From positions 42,286,001-42,350,000 of the forward strand of contig NC_087436.1 of the NCBI RefSeq assembly GCF_036321535.1: DNA of 64,000 nucleotides. The letters are read 5' to 3'. Positions within the stretch are counted from its first letter, which is position 1, and each line of letters opens with the position of its first letter. Both the position numbers and the translations under genes were made by a program. Shown here piece after piece: positions 38,401 to 51,360 of the stretch. The stretch is from Camelus dromedarius (Eukaryota). A model generated the notes under the pieces. That model was not told the origin of the DNA and did not search any database. It saw nothing but the letters and a program-made list of their open reading frames with translations.

Positions 38401-40657
38401 ACAAACTCTTCCCAATAGGTTTATTTCACTTAATTCTCTTCTTAGCCTGACAGTTACTTCTAATGGTTCCAGTGGGTTTTGAGCAGCAAAGGGGATTCAT
38501 CCTTCGGGATGTTTTCTAAATACTATTTTTGTCTTCAGTCCTTACTGCAGAAAAAAGAACCTAGAGCCTCTTACAAAAGGGAAAAGAAACTCTAGACTCC
38601 CTTATTTGCCCTTATAAGATAGTGCATGCATCAGCACAACTTCCTCTCAGGAGTGTAGATACCCCATTAAGATGCTAATTGAGTGCTTGTCAGGGAGAAA
38701 TATTTGCCCTTCCTGTCTTATCTGTTTTCCCTTGCATTTGAAATCTAATCTTTGGCTGCAGAATCTCAATTCAAGACAAAGATATTCCTGGGAAAGCACA
38801 AAAATCTTTGGTAATTGCAAACAATGCTTAAGTTCTCATTTGGTAGAAATCCCTTCCTAAATCCGTCAAAGTTTGGCACTTGTGTTTAAAATGACTGGAA
38901 TGAAATACCCATAAGGAAGATTAATTTCAAAACAACACATAACCCTATGGCATAAATATTGGTGTGAAGACCTCAGAGTATTAGAGAGACAATGTATAAA
39001 TTCTGAGTTTGTTTTTATGGGTGGTAGCAAAAGGCTTGTTATAATCCATAAAGCTCAGTTATAATTACTAAATTTTAGGCATTAAGATGAGTAGCTCAGA
39101 ATGAGAAAAGTGTAAGTTTTACATATGGACAACTATTGATTTGAACTTTTTAATAACCAACTAGGTAAGTTATTTATGTAAATGGACAGATTAAGTGAAT
39201 AGTTGTATGGTTATTCCTAAACTAGTTAATTTAGTAAGTAGTACTTTTTGTTTGTTTATATGTATGTGTTTAGAAAATATACTCATACTGTAATATTTAC
39301 ATTAGTTTGTTTCCTTTAACATATACCTACTATGGTTTAGGAGCATAATCTATAAGAGGAAATCCTGTGATAATAACCTACAGCTAACCTGGGATACGTT
39401 TAAAAATTAGACACAAATAATGCAAAAACTGAATTATATATATGGGTGTTTTTCAAGAGGTCACTAAACTTGAAAAAATGCATAATTTCATCCATTCATA
39501 GGCAGAGTGCTCTTTAATAGCTATATTCTAATTTTAATATATTAATAAATATAATGCAATTATTAAGATTATACCTAAAGTGTTACTTTTTTTTTTAACT
39601 TCAGAACTTTCCCATATACTATTTTAGATTTTGGTTTTCAAATGAAAGTATATTTTAATCTAAGGTGGTTTTAATAATAATCTTTTTTTGAAATAAAAAG
39701 CTTGTGTAATTATACCTTGACTTTCCAGATTATACTAGAGAAAAAGAATTCTTGTAAATGAGTTATATTTTAATCACTAGAGATCATCCAAGATAATAAA
39801 ATTTTATTATTTTAATTTTAGATTTGCAGTTATACATCTTAATAATTTGAAAAATTAAAATGTAATGAGTAGACATGTAACAGCGTGACTGGTAGGTATG
39901 TGTAGCAGAAGTAACCCTATATGTTAAAACACTTAACTACTGCTTTGTATGACTACTACCCCATAAATTCTTTTAGGGCAACAACTGGGTACAAATGATA
40001 GTTATTATAGTTAGCAAGGAAAAACTATTCATGCAATATAGAATAAAAATTTATCCTGCTTTATTAAAAACACTCAGTTCCAAAAAGTTTATTCAGTGGT
40101 AGTTTGACCTTTTCCAGGAATCAAAACTGGTACTCCATTGTGAATATTGATCTGGGGAAAAGCTGGTATCTGTATTCTTCCGCAAGTTTTGTTCATTCAA
40201 TAAATATGGGTGGTTAGATTCTGTTATGTAGGAGAGGAAGCTTATCAGGGGCAAGAATGATAAGAATGTGTAGACAGAAGTAGAAACAAGAGAAGGAAAA
40301 AACCTAAAGACACTCAAGTTTGGTTACAGTTCAATACGAAAGCGCACATTGATTCTTGCCTTGGGTTCCATGAGTGATGCCAGAATCCTCATAACAAATT
40401 ACACTCAGACTTATAATAGTTTATTGATTTTGTGATGTACAACTAAAAGTATCCTAACAAACACTTGATGAATAATTGCATTCAAAGCTGTGGATAAAGT
40501 CAATGATTAGTACCAGTTATTGACTTGGGTAGATGGAAAGGCCGTTCATTGAGATATTTGGTGGGGGAAAAAAACAGAACTTGCTAAGCCAAAGAATCTT
40601 CTAAACAGGTTCTGTGGAATGTATATATATATATAAGCATATTCATATACACATACA

Positions 40658-41299
40658 TAGTCAATCCTTATTATTCATGGATTCCATATTTGTAACTTAG
40701 TCTGCTCACTAAAATTTGTAATTCCAAAATCAAATCAACATTTGTGGCATTTTCTCACATGCAGAGAGCAGTAAAAAAAAAAAAAAATTTGAGTCATCCA
40801 ATGTGCTTGTTCCTAGCTGAGGTCAAAACAAAGTGATGGCCTTCCTGTTTTAGCTCTCAAGTGTCCTTTTTGTGTTCTATTTAGTGCCATGCTTTTTGCA
40901 TTTTTGTGCTTTGTGTTGGTAATTTTGTTGTTGAAAATGGCCCCCTAGTGTATGCTTAAGTGCTATGTAGCATTCCAATGTGCAAGAAGACTGTAATTGT
41001 AACATGCTCTTATGGAGGAAATACAAGCATCAGATAAACTTCATTAAGGAGTAAGTTAAAGTCTTATTAGCCATGAGTTCAAAGGTAATGAACCAAGTCA
41101 ATAAATATGTGTATGTATATAATATGTGTGTTTCTATTTAGAGACACCTTAAAACAAGTTATGTAATGATTAGCTGACAAAAATGTGTCCAGAGACTTGC
41201 AGGAACCTTACTCTGTATTTCCCCTGGGATCAATGCTTTGTTAATTCAGTGTTTCTGGCAACATTATAAAACATGACCCTGAATAATGAGAATCAACTG
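40658..41299. mobile_element. TcMar-Tigger non-autonomous element (MER82-like)
   Basis: Imperfect TIRs TAGTCAATCCTTATTATTC / GAATAATGAGAATCAACTG and an internal CTAGCTGAGGTCAAAACAAAG; about 640 bp. Confidence 0.8.
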
Positions 41300-41719
41300 T
41301 GTGTATACTCCCATTTTACAGTATAAGTGAACATAAGGTTGACTAAAAAGAATGTAAATTATTAATTAAATGAATAATGTAAATTTTACTTGTTTTTAAA
41401 CAGATTTTCAAATTTCCTAAATCAGAATTTTACTCTTTAAGATATACATCATTTAGGAATTAATGAGTTCTACTTTTTGCCAGAGTTCATTTTCCTTGAA
41501 GTTCAAGACATTTACCAACTGAATCACAGGAAAAACACTTCAGAAAATTAGAAAACAAGATGGTTATTAGGATGAGTTTTTTTTTAATCCAAGCCATTAA
41601 CAAAATCAATCTGTCTATGCACTTCTGTGTATTTACGGATGAAAAATACATGTATATCTAAAAGATGTGGTTTCCAGCTGGATAGGTAGAGAAGATGAGA
41701 ACAGATTATTTTCTATTAT

Positions 41720-42510
41720 CCCTTACTACTGCCAAGTCAAAATATCTCAGCAACTACATCAGTTGTCCCTGTTTCATAATCTTCCTTCTTTTTTCCTCAG
41801 TGATGTCACAGCCAAAGCTGAAGAATGGTCCACTATTGGCTTGTAGTTCCTCCCTCCTTTTAACTACAAATGCCTCCAACCTCTGTTCAAATGGAGCTCC
41901 TCATTGCCAGGAGCACATTCTACATTCTGAGACCTAAACTCAAGGTCACATATCACACTCTCCAGCCACAACTTTTCTTGGTCCCTTGACTTCATCTTCC
42001 TCTAGTCTTTTCTTCCTTCTCTGTATTATCTAGAATACTTCAGTCCATCACATTAACCTTTTACGGGTATATATATCACTATATCTGCGACGAATATTGC
42101 AACACTTTTTTTGGTCCTCAGAGGCCATTTCCTCCAGTTCTTATCCCACGTATCTCACTGCCATATTTCAGTCTCTACTTGGCTCTCTTCCTCTACAAAT
42201 TTTTTAAGAACTTGTGTTACTTGAGGGGTATCAGCCTTGGATGTCTTAGCTTCTCCCTCTACATGCTTGCCCTGTGTGATCACACTATTTGCATGGGTTC
42301 AAACACTACTTTTATCCATTATTCCCAAATGAATATATTCCATCACCTAGACTTGTTTTCTAAGCTGCTCATGTATATACACTCACTGCCTTAGACAGCT
42401 GCACTGGAGTGTCTCATGGGTACTTAAAATTCAACCTGTACAAGTCTTAATTCATTATCCATCTTCCAAAATGTATCTCCCTAGGTTTTGACCTTCACAA
42501 GTCCTTCACA
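41720..42510 (+). mobile_element. L2 fragment
   Basis: Pyrimidine-rich L2 body ending ...CACTGCCTTAGACAGCTGCACTGGAGTGTCTCATGGGTACTTAAAATTCAAC. Confidence 0.65.
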
Positions 42511-42859
42511 GCTTTTTATCTAACCTCTTTAGGTGAGGCAGGAAGGCAAGAAGAGACGAAGTTGGGTTTCCAGCCCTTTCTACAAGTCCAAAAAGTTCTG
42601 ACCAAATCTTTTCCCTTGTTGCTGGGTATGCCTTTTTTATGGAGAACTCTCTGGACTTCTTTCAAAATGGTTACTTTTCCCATCCTGTGGTCAAACACAA
42701 ACTGTTTTCTTTTTTCTTTTTTTTTTTTCTTTCTTAATAAGATTGGAGGTATACAGCATTCCACATCTGTATACAATACAAGTCTAATTAACCTCTATCA
42801 CCATACAGTTGATCCTCTTCACAGGGTTTGTTTTTGTTTTTGTTTTTTTCCCTCTAATC

Positions 42860-43220
42860 TTTACCATGAGAACCTGGTAAGGCTCCTGGAGATAAAACTC
42901 ATGAAAGTATAGGGGTTGCCCCTTATACTAGGCTACCAGTTTTTAAATCTCAAGGTAGCCCACACTTAGCCCCCAGAAATGCACCAGATTATCATTTAAA
43001 TGTTCCTACCAGTTACTGGCTCCAGAAGTTTCTGCTTCAGAAATGCTGAACTATAGTCTCTGTTTGTCTCTCTTTATAGTCTTGAGGGTGTTGGTTTGTC
43101 CTACGACCTCAATTCTAGTAGATCTAAGACAGTTTTCAGTGTGTTCAGCATTTTGTCTTGTGAGGAGGACAGTGACAATTTATAAGCACTTCACATGTCA
43201 GAGGGGAAACTGGATGCCCC
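42860..43220 (-). mobile_element. Old L1 5' end fragment
   Basis: CCATGAGAACCTGGTAAGGCTCCTGGAGATAAAACTCATGAAAG...TTTTCAGTGTGTTCAGC...TTCACATGTCAGAGGGGAAACTGGATG, reverse of an L1M 5' terminus. Confidence 0.65.
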
Positions 43221-44626
43221 TCTGACAAGTATCACTTTTTGGAGTACAATAACACTGAAATGTTTGAGATTCATTCATTTCAATCCATAAAGCTTCCCTC
43301 CAAATTATATTTATGTTGTCCATGTAATTGTAACTTACATAGCTCATATTTCACAACATGAAAGCTGCTTTTCAGCATATGTCATTAATAGCTTTTATCA
43401 AACCAAAAACTTATTCATAAATAGCCATTTTATAAAATCTGTTAAATATTTGATACATAATTTATTGAAAATGTTTTTGTGTTATAACTTGCCAGAGAAA
43501 GCTACACTGAGGACTCTGCTTTTTGCATGTGAATGTGACCAAGAATAGAAGTTCAATGCCCTGAGTTTCCCAGAGAAGGATAACTTAAGGTTAGCATCCA
43601 TCAACCTGGTAGAGACAAAAGTAATGCTTTGGAGCTGAGCTTAATTACCAAGGAGACCTCCTACTCTTCTAGAGATGAAATCTGTAGATGAAGTCTTTTG
43701 GACACAAAACTTTTTTTAAAAAAAATCCCTGATAATTGATGGCAACTCAGAAGCCATCCTAGGTATCTTAAAAATCCCTTTTGTGATAAAGAACTTTTAT
43801 TTGGAAGAATGTTTAGGATTCCTGGGCTACTGCAAAAATCCCTTTTCAAGGGGAGAGCAACAGCGACCCCACAGGAGCCCTGGAGGCCCCCAGCCTCTCC
43901 TGTTATCCACAGGAGACAACTGTGATGGATGGATTTTGTTTCACCCTTCAAGTGTCTCTTTTATTTTGTACCACTTTGGGGTGTTCTGGGAAATGAGCAA
44001 ACATCCCGTGCTATGAAGGATGTACCATTTCATTAGAGAGCATGCTGAGTAGGAAACTTGTTTTTTAAGGTTGTAGCAAGTTGTTTTTGAGACCATTAGA
44101 TATCAAAAGTTATTTTATTGCATTAAAAGGCAAAAATGGTTGATATTTCACAAACGTGAAGTGTTTAAGTTGTGGCATTAGTCTTCAAGACAAGAGAACA
44201 TCTACACTTGGGTAAGCTGAACTCACCTCTGATTGTTGTGAAAAGCACAGGCAACAGAAAGAAACAATTGCAGCCTAAGCGCTGTCTTGCATGAGTAAGT
44301 TAGCATTAGCTAACTTGTGTGTGTGTGTGTGAGACAAGCATTAGCAACAGGATGTTTATATCTTGTTTTTTTACTAGCTATGCGTGTAGTTTCTGGCTTG
44401 TGTGAAAAATGGCTCGTCTCTATTTTCAGAAGACCCTCTAAGCACCTACTGCATCAGGAACCACATTTCAGCAGCAATTCTGAACCTAGTCCTCTATACA
44501 GCTTTCCTTTCATATGAAGGAATTCTGGGGTCAATATTGGCAGTGTCTTTAAAACCATACTAAATTTTTGTGGAAGTTGTTATTGTCTGAATCTTTAAAG
44601 AACCTTCTCATTTAATTGCTATTGAG

Positions 44627-44657
<31 letters not shown>

Positions 44658-46285
44658 GTTTTAAACTCTGATGCTGGCTGCTTCATTTCGATGTCATACT
44701 TTAATATTTGTGTTCTCGCTCAGAGTTGCTTATTGTTATTTGTTAAAATTGTTACTTTAATATCTTCAGTGTAGTACAAATACGTTTATATTACATATTT
44801 AAAACAAACAGCTGAGCTGACCATGTTACTTTAATGAGAGAGAAGAGAATATGACATTTCTTGATCGCCAACTATATATCAATTACTGGACAAAGTAGTT
44901 AATATAATTTAGCTCATTGCTGGGAGATGGCCTGAGTCTAAGCTGTACTTCTAGCAAATGCAGAGGTGGGAGCGGTGCAGAGTACACAGTAAAAATATGC
45001 TGCAGGCTTCATCCCATGCCCTATTATGTCTCACTTACCCGAGACAGTGTGATGCTTCTTCCTATAGTTATAGACAACATATATTTCTCACAATCATTAT
45101 TAAATATTTCTAGGATTATCCATAAATTCTTTGTTCTCCTACTGGTTCAGGATAATCCCAAGAATAACTTAAATGGAATCAAAATGAGACAATCTGGCAT
45201 CTTACACAGAACATTCTTCAGACACCCACAGTAGATAGCATTCATAACATTGCCTAAGTAAATGGCCCAAGATTTACAGAGCAGTGAATATTAACCACAG
45301 AATAAATTGTACACTTCCCAAAATCTACTTTCTAGCACACACTGATTTTAACCATGCGCTAGGTTGTTTTTTTTGTTTGTTTTAAAACACACACACATTT
45401 TGTCAAGCTCAGAGTTTGAAAGGAAAAAAGTAACCCATTTTAATATAATTTTCTTGGTGGAGATGAAAAGGGCATTGCACCCTACACTAAATTCCAGCCA
45501 AGAAAAAAAATTTGCAGTTTGACAGATATTCCATTATTTTAAGGAACTATGTGCGTCACATCAGAAGAAATTCTTTTTTGAGTAAAATTATTCAGAAACA
45601 GAAAAACCACTTTTAAAGCAATAGCTTTTCGTGTTTCTATAATTTTCTTAATTCTCTCCTTGTTTTGATTATAAAATTTAAATACTTGAATTGAAAATGT
45701 ACTGAATCCAGTTAAAAACAAAAGAATGAACCAGGATTAGGTGTAACTGTTACACACTTGCAATCTGTATGTCCTTGGAAGTTTTGTCTACTTTCCCACT
45801 TCCTCCCTAAATCCAGGCCCCACTGAGGACACTGACCTCCAGGCCGTTGAGCAGGGTGGGGTCATTCAAAGCCTCACTCAGTCTGCTTGATAGGAGGTGG
45901 GTGAGGAGTTGCCTTCACCCACACCAGGGAATGGGCCCCTGCTGCCCCGTTGGTCCACAGCATTAACCAGAGTAAGCTGACATGTGTATAAAGTTATTGC
46001 CTCCTTTGCCTCCCAATATATTCAGCTTCATAGATAAAAAGCCTAACTATTTGGCAGGGAAAATATTACAAAAGTTCCATTAACAGTAGGGGTTATAGAA
46101 TCTACAACTAAAACATCCAGACATTCTTGGCTATTATCTCTAGGCTCAAAGTCCACAAATGTAACTTATACTAGAAACCTCTGATTCTTCTTCATCCTTG
46201 TAAAACAACGCATGAACATCATGTTGTCTGCATAACTTGGAGCCTGTCAAGTTACACAGATACGGAGTTCATCATCCTCGTACAC

Positions 46286-46626
46286 ATATTTTGGACAGAA
46301 TGCTTGTGCTCCCCCAAATTTCATATTGAAGCACAAACTCCCAACATCATGGTATTTGAGGGTGGGGCCTTTGGGAAGAGATTCGATCCAGACGAGGTCA
46401 CGAGGGAGTAGCTTCCCTAGAACGTAAAGTGATCTCTCACCACCATGTGAGGGCACGTTGGGAAGGTGGTAGGTTGTAAGCCAGAAAGAGTCTTCACTAA
46501 GAACCAAATCTGCAGGCACCTGGATCTTGGACTTCCCAGCTTTCAGAATTGTCAGAAATAAATATCTGCTATTAAAGCCATCCAGTTTATGGTATTTTGT
46601 TATAGCAGCCAGAGAAGACTAAGACA
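46286..46626 (+). mobile_element. MaLR solo LTR (MLT1A-like)
   Basis: CCCCCAAATTTCATATTGAAG...GGTGGGGCCTTTGGG...ATCTTGGACTTCCCAGC...TTTTGTTATAGCAGCC...ACTAAGACA. Confidence 0.85.
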
Positions 46627-47685
46627 GTATATCATCATGGTTTGACTAAGCTATAATTAAAAACATTGAAGAAAAGTTTAGGATCATATCCATTTAAAAA
46701 GTTCACAATCATTCAATTTTTATTGAAACTACATTTATGTTCACCTTTCAAACTCAGTGGTAATGACTCCCAGGTCTGAACCTTCAGTTTAAAGTTCTTG
46801 TTGAACTTCAGCCCTTCATCCCTGTCTACTCTGTTTACTCCAATGGACATAATGTCTTCATCAAAACATCCTGTACAGATTTAACACGTTTCTGAAAGTG
46901 TTTAAGCATTTTGTGCATTTCATAGCTATTTTGCAACCATTTTATAGATGTCTCAAAATTAGCCTAGGGTTACTTTCGCAGATAAAGAAAGAAACAAAAA
47001 CTCTATTTAGGAGTTTTAAGTAATGTCCTAGGAAAGTAACAAGAATCACCCCCTTGACCTCTCCACCTTACCTACCCACTAAAAATTCATGTTAAGTGAC
47101 CCCAAATGAATGGTCCTGGGATTCAACTAAACATCAGTTGTTTATATAAAATGCCAGAAAGGGTATAGATCAACCAATGGTTCCAAGAAAGGCTAATTAA
47201 TAATAATTCCAAGAAAGGCTAACCAAGAGCCTGGTTCTGGGGAAACTTGAGTACTGGGTACTTGAGAGAACAGAGGATTATAGCTCAGGCCGAAAAAATC
47301 AAGTACACTTGTCAACTTTATGTTGTAGCTCATATTTTCTCAACTGAAACATCTGAAGAATCATGGTAATAGGTAAAGTATTATACTCTACTTTCAGTAG
47401 CTCTAATTACTCTACTTTCAGTAGATCTATTGTTAGAGAGTGGTTATTCATTTTACAACATGGTGGTTTTTAAAAAGTTTTGTTGTTCTTAGTAATTCAG
47501 CTTATAACTGTTATTTATATGTAACCATATAGATATATTTTGAGGAAAGAGGCTAAATTGGGAGTAAAAATCCCTTAAGACTACTTAATTCTGGATCTAC
47601 AATTCCTTACTTCACTGCCTTAATTTTCTCATCTGAAAAATTAAATTGCTAAAATGATACAAGGCTATGCATCTACTAAAGAAAG

Positions 47686-48076
47686 TGATGAAGTTAATTC
47701 ATATAACAGGATCCACAAAATGGAGACCAGCTCAAGTCAGAAATATCAAGTCAACCTGCACCTATTACGGGAAATACTTGTCAAGGAAACCTAACATTCA
47801 CCAATCACAATCCTCCAACTCAGCTTTAGCTAGCTTATTTGACTCTGAACAATAGGACCTGTTAGCCTTATAAGGCAATCCCTGACCTCCTAGGCAATCA
47901 TGCCCTGTTTCTGAGTCACATCTTCTAATGCTCCATAAAACTCGCTCTTGACCAAAACCCTTCAGAAAGGGTGCTTCAGTGTTTAAGAGGCACTGCACTC
48001 CTTCAATCCATGGATTTTCCCTTGAATAAAGGACATCAGACTTGTTACTAAATTATTTTAGTCTTGTCATTTGACA
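47686..48076 (+). mobile_element. ERV1-class solo LTR (~390 bp)
   Basis: TG...CA termini with perfect TSD AAAG (47682-47685 and 48077-48080); CCAAT at ~47800, CATAAAA at ~47934 and AATAAA at ~48025, in LTR order. Confidence 0.75.
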
Positions 48077-48786
48077 AAAGCAATGTTCATGGCTGTGAAA
48101 GTCAGATTTCCACTCCTGTCCTAATTTGGATTGTTTTTCCCTATCAAATATCTTAGTAGGTGTAGTATAAGAATTCTTAAGTTAAAAAAAAAATCAATGG
48201 AGTATTTCAAATCTAATTTTATTTCCTGATGATGGAACTGTGAATTTGCTGGGGTTTAAGAACTTACCAGGTTTTTTTATTCTTCTGGAATTAGTTTGCG
48301 ACAATATCTTTAAAAGCTTCTAAATAGACAAGCAAACAGTCTTAAAGAGGATTTGTGTCCTGTGTACTTGGGTACCACAAAGCTGATCCCTGAGCAATAA
48401 TACAGCATTGTAAACACCCCCAAGGCTACATGAAAGCTACAGTGTGCTAAGTCTTTTCAAAAACATTCCTAAGAAGAACAGTGTTAACTGTATGCAGCTT
48501 TCTTAGATCTTAAAGATAATTATGAAAACTTTTAAATAATTTTAGAATGCCTCCAGCTATATATCAGAGTAAATTTTTTCCCCAAAGAACTTAGAAATCC
48601 ATGGAATCAACTTTATGCTTGCAATTTGATAAAATGAACTCAATTTGATTTTGAAAAACACTAAACATTTAAGTTTCCTTTGCAGGTATACATATTACTC
48701 CCTGTTTTTCTGTTTCTTCTAATTTCAGAAATTGCAGTTCATAATAAAAGGCCAGAAATACAAAGAGATATTAGATACACAGATGA

Positions 48787-48847
<61 letters not shown>

Positions 48848-48864
48848 TAGATAGATAGATAGAT
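48787..48864. repeat. Compound (GATA)n(GACA)n(GATA)n microsatellite
   Basis: Directly visible tetranucleotide array. Confidence 0.95.
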
Positions 48865-50301
48865 AAAATCAGGGGTTCTGGAATGCTGAAACTATTAAAT
48901 GACATGCAGCCTTAAGTTTAATGTATGATAAATTTCTGCAGGCACAAATGATATTGAATCTCTCTTTGAAACAAAAAAAGAAACAAAATCTTGTAGAAAC
49001 ATTTTTTTTCCTTCTTTATTCCTGGAGTACCTAAAAAGGAATACTCAGTTAAAAGCATTAAGTTATCCATGGAGACTACTAGAATGTTTCTTTCATTTCA
49101 CTCTTCCACTTTTCGCTTTTGGCTTTATCTTAAGAGTGGAATGAATGCCTCCCATGGCTACACTCTGTAGCACTTTTTAAAAAATCTACCACCTGAATTG
49201 AACATACTAGGTTTAACACCTCAGACACTCTAGGAGGCAGAAATCCTTGACTTTCTGAGTAAGAGCTATCTCTGGTCAGCCTATAGAAACATTATAGAAA
49301 ATAGAACGTGTTGATAGAAATGTCAACTAAAACCATTGCTCCTAAGATGCTAACTATTCTGTAAATTGTTCCTGACATTTGCTTATGACAGGTTATGCAT
49401 TGGTGGTGTCTACAAATATTCTAGCTTTATAAAAATGTTCTAATCAATCCACTTTATTCCTACAGGTACTTCATACTTTACATTCAATTTGTAATACCAT
49501 TCTCAGATGATCTACATGAAATTGAGTCAGATAGTAACTAATCACCTGGAATAAGTGCTACTATGAATGAGTTTTCTTCTACTGTTCTCTATAATTCTTT
49601 ATGTTACCAGTTCATAATTTTCTGTGGAATTCCTTAATAAGGGTCCCATGATAAAATAAGTTTGGAAAATTATCTATTGGTTAGCTTCCTATTTACTATA
49701 AAATATTAAAGTCTCTAAATGATAAAGACATAGAGAAAAATGCTTAATTATGTTATTCCAAATTTATTTAACCTAATATTCTCCTTTACACTACACTTCC
49801 TAAATTAAACACATGAACACTGATTTTTTAGTAAATACATTTTGGGAAATAATTTATGCTGCTATGAAAATTCATATTTATACATACATTTTAAAGACTC
49901 TAAAATTGGTTTTAGGAGCTGCTTTTGACTATTTTATCTGCTTTGATAGTATACTATGATAAAAGATGAAATGAAAATGGCAAATCCACCCACATGATGA
50001 TTCTGCTCACTGTGTGTATTCACTAAAGACCTAAAAGCAAAGATTAGGGCAAAATTCTATTGACTAGGAAGTGAGTGGTGTCATTTAGAGGTGAACAACA
50101 TGGCAGCCTTATAATGACAAAGTTAAAATCAAAACCAGAAAGTGGTTGAAGTAGCATGATTAATTCATTTATTATTCATTAGAATTGCTCAGTTCTCTAT
50201 CTGGTATGTTCTTTCTGTATGCAGAGTGACTGGTTTAGAGTAAGTATGCAGGAAGACTAATTATAGTTTAATTTGTAATATTATATTGAAAAAAGGTCAA
50301 G

Positions 50302-51360
50302 ACTGGATCACTCATACACTGTTGATGGGGATGAAAAATGGTAGAGCTACTCTGGGAAATAGTTCAATAATTTCTTAAAAAGTTAAGCATATACCTACCA
50401 TTAAATTTAGCAATCCCACTCCTATGTATTAATCCTAGAGAATGAAAGTTAATATTCACACAAAATGCCTATGTTTATTGCAGCTGTATTCATATTGGCT
50501 CCAAACTGGAAATAACCAAATGTTCTTCAGTGGATACATGGATAAACAACCGGTACATTCATAAAACAGATGTATATATATGTACACACAAACACACAAT
50601 AGAATACTACTCAATCATGAAAAAGGTGAAATCTTGCAATTGATGACAACACAGATGGACCTTGAGGGTATTAGTCTAAGTTAAATAAGTCAGACAGAGA
50701 AAGATAAACAATGTATGATTTCACTCATGTGTGAAACAAACAAAATAAAATGAACAAACCAATCCAAAAAAACCCAAACACATAGATACAGGAAACAGAG
50801 TAGTGGTTACCAGCAGGGAAAGGGCTTAGGGGGAGGGCAAAATGGGTAAAGGAAGTCAACTGTATAGTGACAGATGGAAAGTAACCTTTTGGTGATGAGC
50901 ATGGTAGAGTATATACAGAATCAAAATATATTGTTATACACATGAAACTCATATAAGGTTATAAGTCAATGTTACCTCAATAAAAAGCAAATAAAATAAG
51001 AGCACAAATTACTAGGAAAGAAAAAAGAAGAAAAGAATAACCTGAATGACTCTCAAATGCGTTATGAAAAATGTTTGAAAGAAACCAGAGTCAAAAAATT
51101 ACTTACTATGTGATTCCATTAAAATGAAATTCTTAAACAGGCAAAACTATAGAGATGGAGAACAGACAGGTGGTTGCAAAAGATTAGGGTTACAGAGTGG
51201 ATTTGATAAAAATTAAGTAGTGTAAAGACATTTTTGGAGATGAGGGATCTGCTCTGTATGCTGATTGTGGTGATAGTTATACAGCTCATTCATTTGTCAT
51301 ATCTCACAGAACTGTGGGGGGAAAATGTGAATTTCACTGTACGTAAATTGAAGTATCAGT
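50302..51360 (+). mobile_element. Old L1 3' region with a younger L1 3' end nested at ~50575-51000
   Basis: CACTCATACACTGTTGATGGG...GGATAAACAAC, then a younger 3' UTR ending TTACCTCAATAAAAAGC, then the old element resumes (TATGTGATTCCATTAAAATGAAATTC). Confidence 0.75.
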
